Below are positions 37,860 through 51,039 of a DNA stretch of 64,000 nucleotides, one piece after another (position 1 is the stretch's first letter; each line of letters starts with the position of its first letter). The position numbers and the translations under genes are program-made. This stretch comes from Lama glama. Its lineage: Eukaryota. The stretch lies in assembly GCA_028534125.1 (NCBI GenBank), contig CM052818.1:46688001-46752000 (forward strand), read 5' to 3'. The notes under the pieces were generated by a model that was not told the origin of the DNA, ran no database searches, and saw only the letters and a program-made list of their open reading frames with translations.

Positions 37860-38102
37860 ACACTCGGTCTTCAATCCTTCTTTCCTTCCCAGAGGATGGA
37901 GGGTGGGGCTGAAAGTTCCAGGCTTCTCAGCATGGCTTGGTCTTTCTGGTCACTAGCCCCATCCTGAAGCCATCCAGGAGCCACCCAGAGTCACCACGAG
38001 AAAAAAAGTCTCTTGTATCACCCAGGAAATTCCGAGAAGTTTAGGATCTCTGTGTTAGGAATGTGGGCCAATGATCATATATGTATTTCTCACTATGCCA
38101 CA
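37860..38102 (-). mobile_element. MER21-like LTR fragment
   Basis: GGGTGGGGCTGAAAGTTCCA...CATGGCTTGGTCTTTCTGGT...GCCCCATCCTGAAGC...CAGGAAATTCC. Family assigned from recall. Confidence 0.65.
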
Positions 38103-38129
38103 GTCAGAAAGCAAACAGCCGTGAACCAC

Positions 38130-38560
38130 AGCAAGTTTAAGAAATAGGAAGTGCCAATATCTTAGAAGACCCTCGTGTGTCTCTCCTGGAAGTGCTCCCC
38201 CTTCTGTGATAATCATTTCCTTGTTTACCTTTATGTTCTTACACTTAACGTCCGTGTCCTTGAACAGGTTTACCTGGCATTCTGATCTCCTATGGATAAA
38301 ACCATAGTGTTTACCCTTGACTTACCTCTTTCATTAAACACTGTCTGAGGTTTACCCCTGGTGATGTATGTAGTTGTAATTCATTACTTTTCACTACAGA
38401 AGAGTATTCTGTTACATGAATATGTCTCACATAATCTATTTACCTTACTGGGTATTGGGTAGTTTCCAATTTTGGTTGCAAGGTTTGTAAGAATGTGTGT
38501 TACCTGTCTCCTGTTGGATGTGTGCAAGAGGTTGGACTGTTGATTACAAATTTCTAGATT
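38130..38560 (-). mobile_element. Old L1ME-like 3' fragment
   Basis: TGTAGTTGTAATTCATT...TTTTCACT...AGTATTC...ATGAATAT...GGGTAGTTTCCAATTTTGG. Confidence 0.55.
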
Positions 38561-39786
38561 TGAGTTATTTTTAGAAATGTGGTTTTTGTGATTAGAAGAA
38601 AATCGCAGAAAGAAAAATCTCTTTTGATTTATTGCATCTGTAAACCTCCCCGGGGTAAGTCCATGTCTGGATGGCTTTGACAATCCTGAAACCTTACCCA
38701 GGGTCTCAGGAGTGGGAGTGAGTGACCACTGTGAGCACAAGAGATTGTCATTTGAAACAGACTAAAATCGGGACCTTTTATTCTGGAGTGATGCGAGGAG
38801 AAACCAGCTGTGATCCCCGGCCCTGGCGTGCTGGGTGTGACAGGGAGCACGTGCCGCACGCCCCAGAACTCCGACCTGCCTGTCCTCCAGCACCAGCTGA
38901 GCGTTCCTCCCAGATGTCGGGGTCGCCCCACAGGCACAGCTCAAAACCAGCCCCCGAGCCGGCTCTCCCGGCTGTGTTCTCCTCCTTGTCGCTGGCGCCA
39001 TAAGTATCTCCGTCACTCAGGCTCAGAAACGGGGTTGTCTTTGCTTCCTCTCTCCCATTCCCTTACCCATCAGTCACCACGCTCTGAGCTCTTCTCTGTA
39101 GTGTCTCTCCAGACCGTCCCCTTGGGTCCCTCCACCTTGAATCTGGCCCCCACCGTCACCTGCCTGCCACCTCCTCCCCTCCTCCTCCTCTGCACATCAC
39201 GCCAGTGGGGCCTCTGAAAACGCAGAGTTCGCTTCCTGCTTAATAGTGGTGACGACCCTCCCGTCACTCCAAGGATCCAGTTCTAACCATCTCTGATGGA
39301 TGTTCAGGGCCCTTCAAAATAGGGTCCCCATTTATTCCTGCGCAGATTGATTTCTAAGCTAAGGCTGTCCACTTGCCTAGTTTCCCCCGAATGTTACCAA
39401 GAACTTCAGGAAACTGAATTCACAGGTGGCTGTCATTATTGCGAGCCTGTCTTCACTTCCGCCCGTGCCAGGGAGCGTGGTCTTTTCTCCCTCCCACTGT
39501 GCCTTCTTGGCACAGTGTCTTCTGCTGAAATACACTTGTCTGGGTTATCCCTTAAAGCTAAGAAACTCACCACAACCCAAGGGAGTGTCCACGTGTACCT
39601 TCGTGCCTGCAGCCACGGCCATGAGCAAGGGACCGGGCCAAGGGTCAAATCTGAACATGGTGTGTAGCAACTTAACAGAATTTACTACTGAAAAACCTGT
39701 AATAAGTTGAAAAATAATGGAATCTCAAAAATTTTAGAAATATTTAATGAATGATAAGCAATGAAAATGTTATTCACAGTCATGCT

Positions 39787-39946
39787 TTTTAAAATTTTTA
39801 TTTATTTGTTATTTGTTTACTTGTCTTTTCTCTTTGGGGTGGGAGGTAAATAGGTTTTTTTTTTTTTTTCAATGGAGGGACTGCGGATTGAGCCCAGGAC
39901 CTTGTGCATGCTAGGCACACGCTCTACCACTGAGCTACACCCTCCC
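39787..39946 (-). mobile_element. tRNA-Ala-derived SINE (Vic-1-like)
   Basis: Reverse complement GGGGAGGTGTAGCTCAGTGGTAGAGCGTGTGCCTAGCATGCACAAGGTCCTGGGCTCAATCCGCAGTCCCTCCA plus an A-rich tail with the family motif ACCTCCC. Confidence 0.85.
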
Positions 39947-41869
39947 CTATGGCATAATTTATGGAAACACAAGAGTCCTGAGCTTAGCAACAAACAGAAG
40001 AATAAAAGCTTAAAAGATTCCACTGTAACACCCTTAATTTGAAAATTAAAAATTGGACTCAGAATCTTTTCCAGCACGTTGCAACTTGCTTTGGCTTGTG
40101 GCAGCATTAATCTCAACATTGTCTAAATTAATCTTGGTCTGGCAGCCTTAAAAAATAGAAGAATGTATCATGCATTGGCTTAAAAGGAATTACCATTATT
40201 TGGAGCAAAGAATGTCAAAGATTATGTGAAGTCAAATTTTCACGTAAAATGTAAATATTTTAAGAGGGATTTAATTGGAAGGAAATGACCTCACAGGTGA
40301 GAGTGTGGCCGGGAAAATCGCATCCGGAATAGAAGATGCTGACGACTGGCCACTCACACGACGATGAAAAAGGTAAGAGCTGTGACCTCAGCGGTGGGAC
40401 AAGGGCTGCCGAAACAGTTAACTTTTGAGAGCAAATCACATGTTCTCAAGGACAGCTTGACACAAGGTAAGATTTAAAATCTGTACCAGGAATTCGAGAG
40501 GCAAGTGGAGAAATCAAAAGCTTAGCATTTGTTCTGGTCTTTCAGAGGAATCCGGACAAAAATAGCGTGGATTTGAGGGAAACAGTAATTGCTGATGAAA
40601 GGTAGTGTTTTCTCTGTGACCCAGGAACAAAGTGCAAAGTTTGCACTGGAAAATTACATTCCTAGTATCCCCAAAAGCGCACACGTCAAAACCACACAGG
40701 AGAGGCGCGTTGCATTGTCCCTCTGCGGTCTGCGGAACGGTTCAAAGCCGGAGGTCTCGAGTCCCTCCACCTCATTCGTGTCATCCACACACGCTGAAGG
40801 ACCATCAGATAATTCACAAGGCGGAGGGCTGGACAGGGTTTGCCGGTCTCACCACATCCAGGGCCCGGCTGAAAGGGGCTTTCTGAGAAACAGTTTCGGA
40901 CCAAAATCTGTCACCAGATTTATCCCTCAGTTCAGCCTTTCCCTTGGGATGCTCTGCGGGCTGTTCAGGTGAGGGTGCTAACAGGTGTTACACGAAAAAC
41001 TGGATTTGTGGTCCTACAAGTTTAGAAAGTCCAATCAAATAGGTTTTTTTCTTCCATAATTTATTAGAACTTCCAAGGTATATTTTGAAACTCTAAGAAG
41101 AGAAAGTGGTGTGCAGTCTCTTCCAATTACATCCCACCCCGAATCCTTTTTCCCCAGAGCGACGTGTAGGACAGTATTCCATAGAACTTCCTGTAAAGCA
41201 ATTCGTTTAATTAAAGCCTTTCCTCCAAGTGACTTTTGAAAATATCAGTAAAGCAAATCCACCATTGAGCAGACTGGAAAACCAATGAGGTTCCAGAGGA
41301 GGGGAGCCACCCCAGGCTTGTCTTTAGCGTGTAAACACTCGTTGGGTTCAGTCTCCGTACTTGCACGTTCTGTTGACTAGTTACTTTGCTGCCAGTTAAG
41401 AACAGGAGAACGGACACTTGCATCTCTTTCTTCTCCATCGTGATGCATCAGCCTGCAGGAATGAAGCCTGCAGGAAGCGAGATGACAGCAAGGGACGGGA
41501 CTCAACAAATACTGTCACTAGAAAGCCAAGGGAGGCGTGCGGTGACTTAGCAGAGAAACAAGCTCTCCCCTGGGCGCTTGCCAAGGGGCCCCTACAGAGA
41601 GGAGAATTGCTGTGCCAGGTCCTCAAACGCCCTCAAAGGGCTCTGGGAGCCCCGGGGGTGCCCCCTAGAGGCAGAGGTGAAAGCGGGATGAAAAATGGAA
41701 GTTTGGCTATAGGTCTTCGCAAGGCCATCGAAAGCCCCCTTCTTCTTTCGTTCCCTAAAAACTTTTCTGGGGAACTGTTCAAGCCCAGTGATTTCCAGTC
41801 CTTTGCTACCAATAAAATGGAAGCGAGATGGAATCAAGTTGTCATGGGACAGAATACTAAAAATAAAGT

Positions 41870-42130
41870 TTGATAATGAATTGCTATGTAATTTCTAGCA
41901 TATAACTTGGAAGAAGTTGAAAGAATGCATGACATTGCTCTTTCAAAACAGCTTCCAATTCCATCTACTTATTTATGTGAGCGAGGTTTCTTGGCACTTA
42001 AATCTATACAAATAAAAATACCGGGATTAAAACGCATGCTGATCTCTGGCTCGCTCTACAGAAAGTAATATTCATCCACGGATACTCAAAATAATTGAAA
42101 AACAGCCTTCCCTGTCTCCTTAAGAAATTT
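41870..42130 (+). mobile_element. hAT-Charlie transposase C-terminal remnant
   Basis: 41949-41999 translates QLPIPSTYLCERGFLAL, resembling the hAT dimerization motif LPFxSTYLCExGFS. No intact ORF. Confidence 0.7.
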
Positions 42131-42439
42131 ATTTCCTGTTAAACATTATCTTAATGTTTATAAAAGTGTTTCAGTGTTGAAGAATGGTTTGTGATAACTG
42201 GAAACAAAAAACTATTTATAGCTTTAATATATATGTGCATATATATATATATATATGTTCTTTTTGCAGAAAGGCATACTAGGGTAATAAATGAATGATT
42301 TTCAAATGCAAACACATTACAATAGGATAAAATTTTGTGGCAGAGTGGAATAGGAACATTAGTTGAGGGTGAAAAAGAAACAACGTGAAATTTCTTCACC
42401 AAGAAGAAATGATTCTGGTATTTTGTTATTTAAAAACTC

Positions 42440-42583
42440 TTTTGTGCATGCCCTTTATTTATTTGGTGGGGGGAGGTAATTAGGTTTATTTGTTTATTTA
42501 TTCTTAGAAGAGGTACTGGGGATTGAACCCAGGACCTCACGCACACTAAGCATGCGCTCTACCACTTGAGCTATACCCTCCCC
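42440..42583 (-). mobile_element. tRNA-Ala-derived SINE (Vic-1-like)
   Basis: Reverse complement GGGGAGGGTATAGCTCAAGTGGTAGAGCGCATGCTTAGTGTGCGTGAGGTCCTGGGTTCAATCCCCAGTACCTC plus tail AAATAAACCTAATTACCTCCCCCC. Confidence 0.9.
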
Positions 42584-42851
42584 TCCCTCTGTTCTTTTAT
42601 TTTAAATGTGGGTGATCAAGGCTATCAAATTGTGCTCATACTCCAGGAGATGCCCTTAAGAGAATAATATAATGGTTTTGGGTGAAACTTTATTTTGCAG
42701 CCTTTTAAACTTGTAACAGAAATGTTCGATGGCAACTCAAAGACGTGTGAGCAGATATACGGTTTTTCAGAATCCTTTAAGGATGTTATATCAAAAGAGT
42801 ATTTGGAGATCGTAATTTCTAGCCTGCGTGATGTCTGACCTTTTCAGACCA

Positions 42852-43386
42852 TGCTCAGGTTATCAATTGCTATGTAAGAAATCACCCCAAACTGACTGGC
42901 AAAAACAGCAACAATGATATATGTGCATTTCATAAATATTTCTCTTACTGTTCTGGGGCTGACTGGGCTCAGCTCAGTCTTCCTGCTTAGGGTCTTGCGT
43001 GCAGCTCTGGTCAGATGGTGGCAGGGCTCTCTCACGTGTCTGATGGGTGGTGTGCCACCAGCTGGGAAGGAAGCTGACGGTGGCAACCCCTAATCAGCGT
43101 CCGTCTCTGAGGCTTGGGCTTCGTCACAAAATGGCAGCCACACACACCAAGGCTGAAATGTCCTGAGGCTGAGAGAGAGGATGGGGCAGAAGTTGTACCG
43201 TCTTTTATGACTTAGCTGTGGAATTCACGGAGCATCCCTTCTGCTGGCTTCACCGCTCAGGTGCAAGGGCAGGAGACAGACCCCACCTCATAACTGCCGG
43301 AGTAGCAAGGTTCCAGGAGAGCACGGGGGACCGGAAATATTTGTGCAGTCAGTTTTGGAAAATACCAGCAGTCACAGATCACTACA
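42852..43386 (-). mobile_element. Old MLT1 (MaLR) LTR
   Basis: TCAGGTTATCAATTGCTATGTAAGAAATCACCCCAAAC...GACTGGGCTCAGCT...TCTTTTATGACTTAGC...CACTACA. Confidence 0.7.
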
Positions 43387-44451
43387 GGGAGAGAGGAGAC
43401 AAATACACAGCCTCCTATGATTCCATCGTGGCAGAATACGGATGGGAAACAGCTCTGCTCCATGCTGGCTCATCCCAGCCTGACTTGGGAGCGCTGGTCA
43501 CCTTCCAGGGCAGGGGGAGAATTGCAGAAGCATGAAGGAGCTGCAAGCATCTCTCACTTTGCTTCCAGTGAGGCTGAGAGCTCGTTCCTGCCCACGCCCA
43601 GGGTCAAAGCCTCACAGCCTCCCTCCTCTTCCACAGGCTTCCCAGAAACTCTGTTCTCCACGCAGCGCCCCTGAGGTTCGTGTGGGGCAGGAAACTCTCG
43701 GTTGAAAATATTTGAAATCAAGTAGATACTTTCCCTCAGCGCTGAAGCTTTCAACACACTTTTCGTCTGTAATCGCCTCCATTTTTTATTCTCTCTCCAG
43801 AATGCTTTTCTTCATTGGGAAATGTCAGTTAAAATTTACACCCTTACTATAGTGAAAAAGATGTAAAAAATAGAAGTGGCTTTCTTTTCAGACACTGTCA
43901 CTATCTCTCTCTTGCATATGGCCTCCAGTAAGAGTTGGGGTTTTTTTTTTCCCTCTTCTAGTTCACTGATGGTTTGGCTATGGCATCTCAGAAAACTTGG
44001 GCTCTTGCCTATAACTAAGGATGTAAAGGCCTTACACAGAAAATGTTGAAGTGTATAAAAATCTTCAATATGTACTATTTTCAGATTGCATATCAACACA
44101 AGGCTTAGGATTCAGGCCCTTTGTCTTTATCAGATGCTACACAAAGCTACCCTCTTCCTATGTATAGATGTGTGAAATTGGCCCACGGGCCATGTTCAGC
44201 ATTTCCAGAATGTTAGTCCTTTTATCCATGTCAACCAGTCACTTGGACTTGAAGGGTGTCATTTTCAATGGTGAGACTGAAGAACGCTGTCAATGGTGTG
44301 TATGTTTCCAATAAGTAAATATCTCCCCCAAACAAGCTGTATACATATTATAGCTGGGGCAGGGGGAGGGAAGAACTGAAGTTTATCCTTGGCCATTCCA
44401 TTTATTGATAGAATAATCATTTCAAGCCCAAAACTTTTAATAGTATGGTGT

Positions 44452-44512
44452 TCTATCTATCCATCTATCTATCTATCATCTATCTATCTAATCTATCTGT
44501 CTATCTATCTAC
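44452..44512. repeat. Imperfect (CTAT)n tetranucleotide microsatellite
   Basis: TCTATCTATCCATCTATCTATCTATCATCTATCTATCTAATCTATCTGTCTATCTATCTA. Confidence 0.9.
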
Positions 44513-45100
44513 CTAGTCTTTCAGATATCCCAAATTATCCTTCCCATTGTAAAAGTGGAAATATTATTTATCTCAGTTCAAGGTTCCTCTTATAACCAAG
44601 TATTAAATCAGCTGGGAGTAACGTTTGGGAAAGGTAAAATGGTCTAAGGAGTTACGATGTTCTGTGATGTGTGGTTACTTAATATGCTATTTTTTCTTCA
44701 GTTAAAAAAACCATGTCAAAAAACCATGTGGTCTTGTTAATAAGTTTAGAATATATTGGCTATCACTAAAAGAGACACGTGTAAGCCACTGACACCTAGA
44801 CATCTTATCAGCCGGAGGAAATGCCAGCATAGTTCCTAAATTGAGAGTTTTAGTGACACAGCAAGATATGCCTGGAGGAGTTACACAGCCAAAATTATCG
44901 CTGCCATTTCCACCAAATGTTTCCAAAGAGCTTCTAAAATGGTGCCTGCGGTAGGAAGTTGGCTGTTTCCTCCCCGTGGGACCTCTGGATCAGCGTCTGC
45001 TCATTGGGGGTCCCTTTATTTTCAACAAGAATTGGGACACCCTGGCTGGCCCCGATCCCATCCCACCCCATAAGCCAACATTCTTCATCAAAAGACCTTG

Positions 45101-45570
45101 TGTAGCCAGCCTCCAAGATGGCCCCAGTGGCCCCCACCCCCTGGTGTTCACACCCCACACCCTTGTGGTCCCCACGCCATGTGCCAGGGTTGGTCTGTGA
45201 GCGACAGTGGTGGGATGTCAATTCCGGGACTTGGGTAGTAAGACTGTAGCTTTTGTCTTGGACAGCGCCTCTCTGCCTTGCTCCAGGGGAAGCCAGCTGC
45301 CCGGCTGTGAGCAGCCCTAGGGAGAGGCCCTCGTGGTCTCCGGCCACCAGCTGGTGAGGGGCAGAGGCCCACCAGCCACCACATGAGGGAGTCTGGAAGT
45401 CCATTCTCCAGCATAATCAGCCTTGGGTTGAGGGACCTCGATCCAGAGCCACCCAGCAAAGCCACTCCCGATTCCTGACCCTCAGAAACTGAGCAAGGTA
45501 ATCAATGCTTTCTGTCTTAAGCTACTGAGTTTTGGGGTGCTCAGTTATACAGAAATAGAGAAACAACACA
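45101..45570 (+). mobile_element. MLT1F-like solo LTR
   Basis: TGTAGCCAGCCTCCAAGATGGCCCC start; GATTCCTGACCCTCAGAAACTG...TTAAGCTACTGAGTTTTGGGGT...ACA end. Confidence 0.8.
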
Positions 45571-46980
45571 TAACTAAGAGTCTGCTTTAAATGCAGGACT
45601 TGGTGAGCCTTGAGGGTTTCTCCGCCAAGTGATCTGGGCTCCATGTCATCCAGGGACGTGAAGGGGTTGGACCAAATGCACCAGCCAGAGTCTGGTCAGG
45701 ACCTTTAACAGGGACATTACAATTGTTAACAAAGTGTGAAGTGTTAACTAGGTAATTGGAAAATTGGAAGAAGAACTCTAAGATGTCACAGAGGTAGTGA
45801 TGGCAGGGCTGAGGGCACGCGGGAGGAAGGCTGGACTCTGCTGGAATTAACACTCAGACACTGGGAGGAGGGGACGCTGCTCACTGGTGTGGAAGAGGCT
45901 CTCCTGGGTCCCTCTGGGCTGATGCTGGAGTCTCAGAGAGGGGAGAGGTGGGCAGGCTCTTCCAAAGTTGGAAAATTGCAAATTGGAACCAGGTGCCCTG
46001 CAGGAAGGCCAGGGTGAAGATGCGCTGGGGTGGGGCCTCAGGGAGCCCCAGGGAGCCTCTGGAAGGGCAGCTCCTGCACGTGGTGGCCCTCTGTCAGCTG
46101 GCCATTCTGACCCTGCAGAGCTGCCACCGCAGAGGATGGAGCAGAGACACAGTAAGTCAACACCTGGCTCTCCTTGCAGCCTCTCTCGCCCTCCCCTACA
46201 ATGCAGTTTATTTGTTTCTGTCTGTCTCTCAGTGCTGGAACTTACGCTCCCAGGGCAGGGATCCTGGTGTCTGCGGCACCTAGAACCACAGCATTTGGGT
46301 TGTTTCCAAACATTGACTCTAAAAGTAATGCCATGTCTATGAACTTGGAGCATATACGATGTCATACTTTTGCTAGCGTGAATTTGGGATACAGTCCTAG
46401 GAACGGGACAGCTGAGTGAAAGAGTAAATGTGTATATAATTTTGCTGGATATTGTCCAATTCCTCCACCTCGGGATTGTATCATTTTATTATCAACAGTA
46501 TTCAAGATGTGTAGGAACACAGTCTTGTCAACCCAGCGCTCAGCCACCTTCAGTCTTCCGTCCATCTGCTCGGGGAGAACTGGCATCTCAGGTGGTTTCC
46601 ATCTGCACTTAGTCTGAGTGAAACTGACTACCTTCCTGTCCATGTCCAAGGCCACTGTATTACTTCACCTGGGAACTCTGCCTTGTGTGGCTGAAGTTTC
46701 TCTTAAGTCTTAGGACATATGTGCGTGTGGCCTGTCACCTTGACTAATAAAGGATTTTCTACTATTTAGACCTGTCCAAAGTTCAAGTTGCTTGCTCCCT
46801 GCGATGCCCTCCCCTCCATTGCCACAACCTTCTGGAAAGTCTGTCCTCTGTGTGGGGTCTTCTCTTTCCAGCCTCTGTGTCTCCTGCCTCGATTCCCTAT
46901 TTGTGACATCTTTATCTCTTATGCCGTGTTCTGCCTTATTTCCTCAGGTCTATCTCCCAGTTCTCTCTCTAGTAGCTTAA

Positions 46981-48840
46981 AAAAATTTTTTTTATTGTGG
47001 TAAAATACACACAATATAAAATTTACCACCTTAACTACAATTAAGTGTCCAGTTCAGTGGTAACAAAGTTCATTCATGTTGTGCAACCATCAACACCACT
47101 CATCTTCTGAACTCTTTCATCTTGCAGAACTGAAACTTTTTACCTATTGAACAATAACTCTTTCTTTCCCCCTCCCCCAACCCCTGGCATCCACCTCCTA
47201 CTTTCTGTCTCTGAGATTTTGACTGTATCGTAAGGCCTGCATATAAATGGAATCATAGAGGATTTGTCTGTGTCTGGCTTATTTCACTTAGCATAATGTC
47301 CTCAGGAGTCACCCATGTTGTAGCACATGCCAGAATTTCCTTCCTTCTTCAGGCTGAGTAACGTTGCATTGTGTATATAGGCCACATTTTGCTTTCTATT
47401 CATCTGTCGATGGACACGTGTATTGTTTTCATGTTTTAGCTATTGTGAATAATACTGCTGTGCACACAGGCATGCAAATCTCTCTTTGAGACTGTGTTTC
47501 AATTCTTTTGGGTATATACCCAAAAGTGGAATTGCTGGAATATATGGTAACTCTATTTGTAAATTTTTGCTGCACTGTCTTTCACAGCAGCTGTATCATT
47601 TTACATTCTCACTAACAGTGCACACGATTTCCAACTTTGCTATATCTTCCCCAGCATTTGCTATTTTCTGGGTTTTGTGGGATTTTTTTGATAGGAGTCA
47701 TTCTAATGGATATGAAATGATATCTCATCATGATTTTGATTTGCATGTCCTTAATGATTAGTGATATTGACCATCTTTTCAAGTTTTATTGGCCATTCAT
47801 GTATTTTCTTTGGACAAAACTCTATTGAAGTCTTCTGCCTGTTTTTGAATTGGGTTGCTTGGGTTTTATTATTTTTTTCTTTGTCATTAAGTTTTAGGAG
47901 TCCTTTATATGTGTTGGATAGTAATCGTTTATCAGATGTATGATTTGCAAATATTTTCTCCCATTCTGTAGGTTGCTTTTTCACTGTGTTGATATTGTCC
48001 ATTGGTGCACAAAGTTTTAAATTTTCATGAAGTCCAGTTTGTCTATTTTTATTTATTTTTGCCCGTGTCTTTGGTGTCATGTCCACGAAATCACTGCTGC
48101 CTCCAGTGTTGTGAAGCTTATGCCATATTTTCTTCTAAGAGTTTTACCTCTTGCGTTTTTATGTCTTTAATGCATTTTGAGTTAATTTGTGTACATAGCG
48201 TTAAGTAAGGGTCCACTTCATTCTTTCACATATGAATATCCAGTTTCCTCAGCACCATTTGTTGTAAAGCCTGTCCTCTCTCTGTTGAATTGTCTTGGCA
48301 TCCTTGTTGAAAATCATTTGACCGCACATGTGAGGGTTTATGACTGGGTTCTCTAGTCTATTCCATTGGTCAGTATGCATGAACTCATGCCAATACCACA
48401 ATGTTTTGATTACTGTAAATTTATAGTAAATTTTGAAATCAGGAACTATAAGGTCTCCAATTTTGCTCTTCTTTTTCAAGATTATTTTAGCTTAAGAGTC
48501 CCTTAAGAGTCTATATAAATTTTACAATGAATTTTTCTATTTCTGCAAAAAAAAAATGTGATTTAACAGGGATTGCATTGAATCTACAGATTGCTTTGGG
48601 TGGTACTTTCATTTCAATATTATGTTTTCCAATTCATGAGCATGGGATATCTTTCCATTTAAAAAAATGTCTTCTTTAATTACTTTAGCAGTGTTTTTTA
48701 CTTTTAATCGTACAAGTCTTTTGCCTCCTTGGTTAAGTTAATTCCTAACTATTTTATTTTATTTTTGATGTTATTGTAAATGGAATTGTTTTCTTAATTT
48801 CCTTTCCAAATTGTTCATTGTTAGTGTATAGAGATGCTCT
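46981..48840 (-). mobile_element. L1 (L1MA/MB-class) 3' UTR plus ORF2 3' part
   Basis: Reverse ORFs 47751..48086 (KKQPTEWEKIFANH) and 48249..48479 (PDFKIYYK...WYWH...DQWNRLENP) are L1 ORF2. A T-rich 3' end lies at 46986. Confidence 0.92.
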
Positions 48841-50199
48841 AGTAGCTTTTAATCTGGGTTTTAACTTTTGCATTAAGTTTTCAGTTAATAATTGTATATA
48901 ACATATCCTGTGATTTTCTTATATTTTTAAATTGATTCTTTGATTTCTTTAATCATTTTAGTCATCTTCATCCTTTATAGTTCTTTGGTTTCTAATCTTT
49001 CTCTTAACTTTCTCTTACTGATTCTCTCATGGCCAATTTTTTTCAGGGGTTTGACACTTTTTTAAAATTGTAAACTTTCTGCAAGCCATTCAATATGAGT
49101 GTGGTCTTTATGGAGGGCTTTTGTCTCCAAAAAAGTTTTGCATTTGCTACTGCCAACCCCCTCCCCAAGGGGCATCACCAGCCAGGGCCCCATTTTTATG
49201 TTAATTTCTCAGCATTAGAATTTCTCCAACTAACTAGGTCATGTATATTTGAACCTCCATTCCCCATGAAGGCAGATCTACAGCTATGAAATTTCAAGGG
49301 AGATGTTTCTTTCCCAGCCTGAGCTCAGGCTGACAAATAGACCTACTTAGAATCTTCCTGGGCTAGTGAGTAATTTTTCAGTCTTTACTTGAGCTGGGAT
49401 TGCAGACCTTCAAGGGTTCTGCATGGCCGTCTCGGTTGCAACGTTCTGCCTCACGTGGTTGCAAAACCTTGTTTTCCATTCCTGTTGGGCCAATGTCCTT
49501 AACTTGCTGGGACTGGCGCCCTCAGCCAGGACCCTCCCACCCGAATGTGCACCCTCCCCTCACTCTGACTCCATCCTCTCTCTGTGTGTCCTTTGCAGGG
49601 TCCCCTGACATTCTTGCGACCTCAGGTCAGCACTCCTCAGCGTGCCTACTTAAGTAGCTGGCACTAAACACAACGCCTGCTGCTAAGCTGCTCAACAGAT
49701 CTTGCCGCCTCTGTCTCAGATTATCTTTATGATGAAATAGAAAGACATTCAAAGCCTCTGCAGAACCATCATCCAGAAAGACACTCAGAGCCGGGAGGCA
49801 CCTTTCCAATATCAGAGCGCATGAGGAAGGGAGGGTGAGTGGGGATGAGGCTATCGGACCATTTGGGCCGTCCTGGGGCTGTGCGCTCACCCAGTGAAGA
49901 GACAGCCTCATAAACGAATATCCTTGAATTGAAAAAAGCTCAAGAGACAGCTTTTTATGGACACGAATGCAATCTTGTATTAAAATTCCGCATCTTGGTC
50001 CTCCACCCAGAAGCCCCTTTTCCATTTCGGGGAGATGCTGGATTGTCCCCTGCCTGCTGTGTGCAGGTCTCTCACGCCACATCTCTGAGTCCAGCTTCTG
50101 TAGGATGGAGGGACCACATGTCTGCCCCACTCTGAGGATTTATCCATGGCTTTGAGAACTAAAATTAAATGTAAACTGACTTATATATTTATTGTTAGA

Positions 50200-50660
50200 G
50201 GTTAGCGTGACCTTGATTCCAAACTTAGATAGGAACAGCACAAGAAAAGAAACCACATCTCCATTTCATTCTCAAAAATTCCAAGCAAAATATTGACTAA
50301 CAGAACCCAGCAGAATCTATACAAAGTAATAATACATCATGTTCAGGCAGGATTTATTGTAGAAATTCAAGCGTAGTTCACATCAGAAAAATGTGGGTAA
50401 TACACCAGAGAAAAATCGTATCAACGAATATAGTAAAACAATTTTACCAAATTCACCCCCAAATTATGATTTTAAATTCCCACCACCCGTCCAACAACTG
50501 AAGAGTTCTTCCTAAAATTGTTAAAGACTATATATTACAACAGAATGCTAAAGCCAGGTCATGTATAACGGAGAAAGTCTGACCTATTCGCATTGAGGTC
50601 TGGACTAAGACAAGGATGTCCACCCTCACCCCTCCCTATTCCTGCAACACAACGTCGGAG
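50200..50660 (+). mobile_element. Very old L1 ORF2 (RT region) fragment
   Basis: CAGGATTTATT...GTTCACATCAGAAAA...GGACTAAGACAAGGATGTCCACCCTCACC (SGLRQGCPPSP, the L1 RT GxRQGCPLSP motif). Confidence 0.7.
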
Positions 50661-51039
50661 GTCCTGGTTAAGGTTTATAAGCTGTTTTGGAAAAAATAAA
50701 ATTAAAAACTTGAGGAAAGAGAAAAGAAAACGTTCTGGCTTTCACTTGACCTCACAATTCATTTCTCCGCAATCCGGTTACAATCTTTTGAGGCCGGGGT
50801 TGGTGTCTAAGACTTTTATTAAAATCCAGGACAGCACCTAGTGTCGCGTTGGTGGTAGACAGTAGTTTGCAAAGGGGAATCCTATCCAAGCTATGAAGCA
50901 GCAAAGATGAAATAAGGTCTGTGGAGACAACTGTCCACACACTGGAGGAGTAATCTTTCATGACATCGCCATTCGTTTTCTCCCTGACTCTCTCCAGCTG
51001 AATAACTCCGGTTCCAAGCTCCCAAGTCCCCAGCCTACG

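Noticed and set aside
42510..42583. tRNA-Ala-like sequences (also about 16519-16600, 26667-26743, 39873-39946)
   Set aside because: These are SINE heads: diverged stems, shared non-tRNA A-rich tails and a TSD in one case. They are not tRNA genes.
45847..46365. 172-aa reverse ORF and neighbouring 150-170 aa ORFs (41418-41873, 44934-45404, 49627-50130)
   Set aside because: They overlap LTR/L1 remnants or GC-rich intergenic DNA, with no recognisable domains or exon structure.
47751..48479. ORFs resembling a reverse-transcriptase-associated protein
   Set aside because: Broken L1 ORF2 fragments, not a gene or a novel retroelement system.
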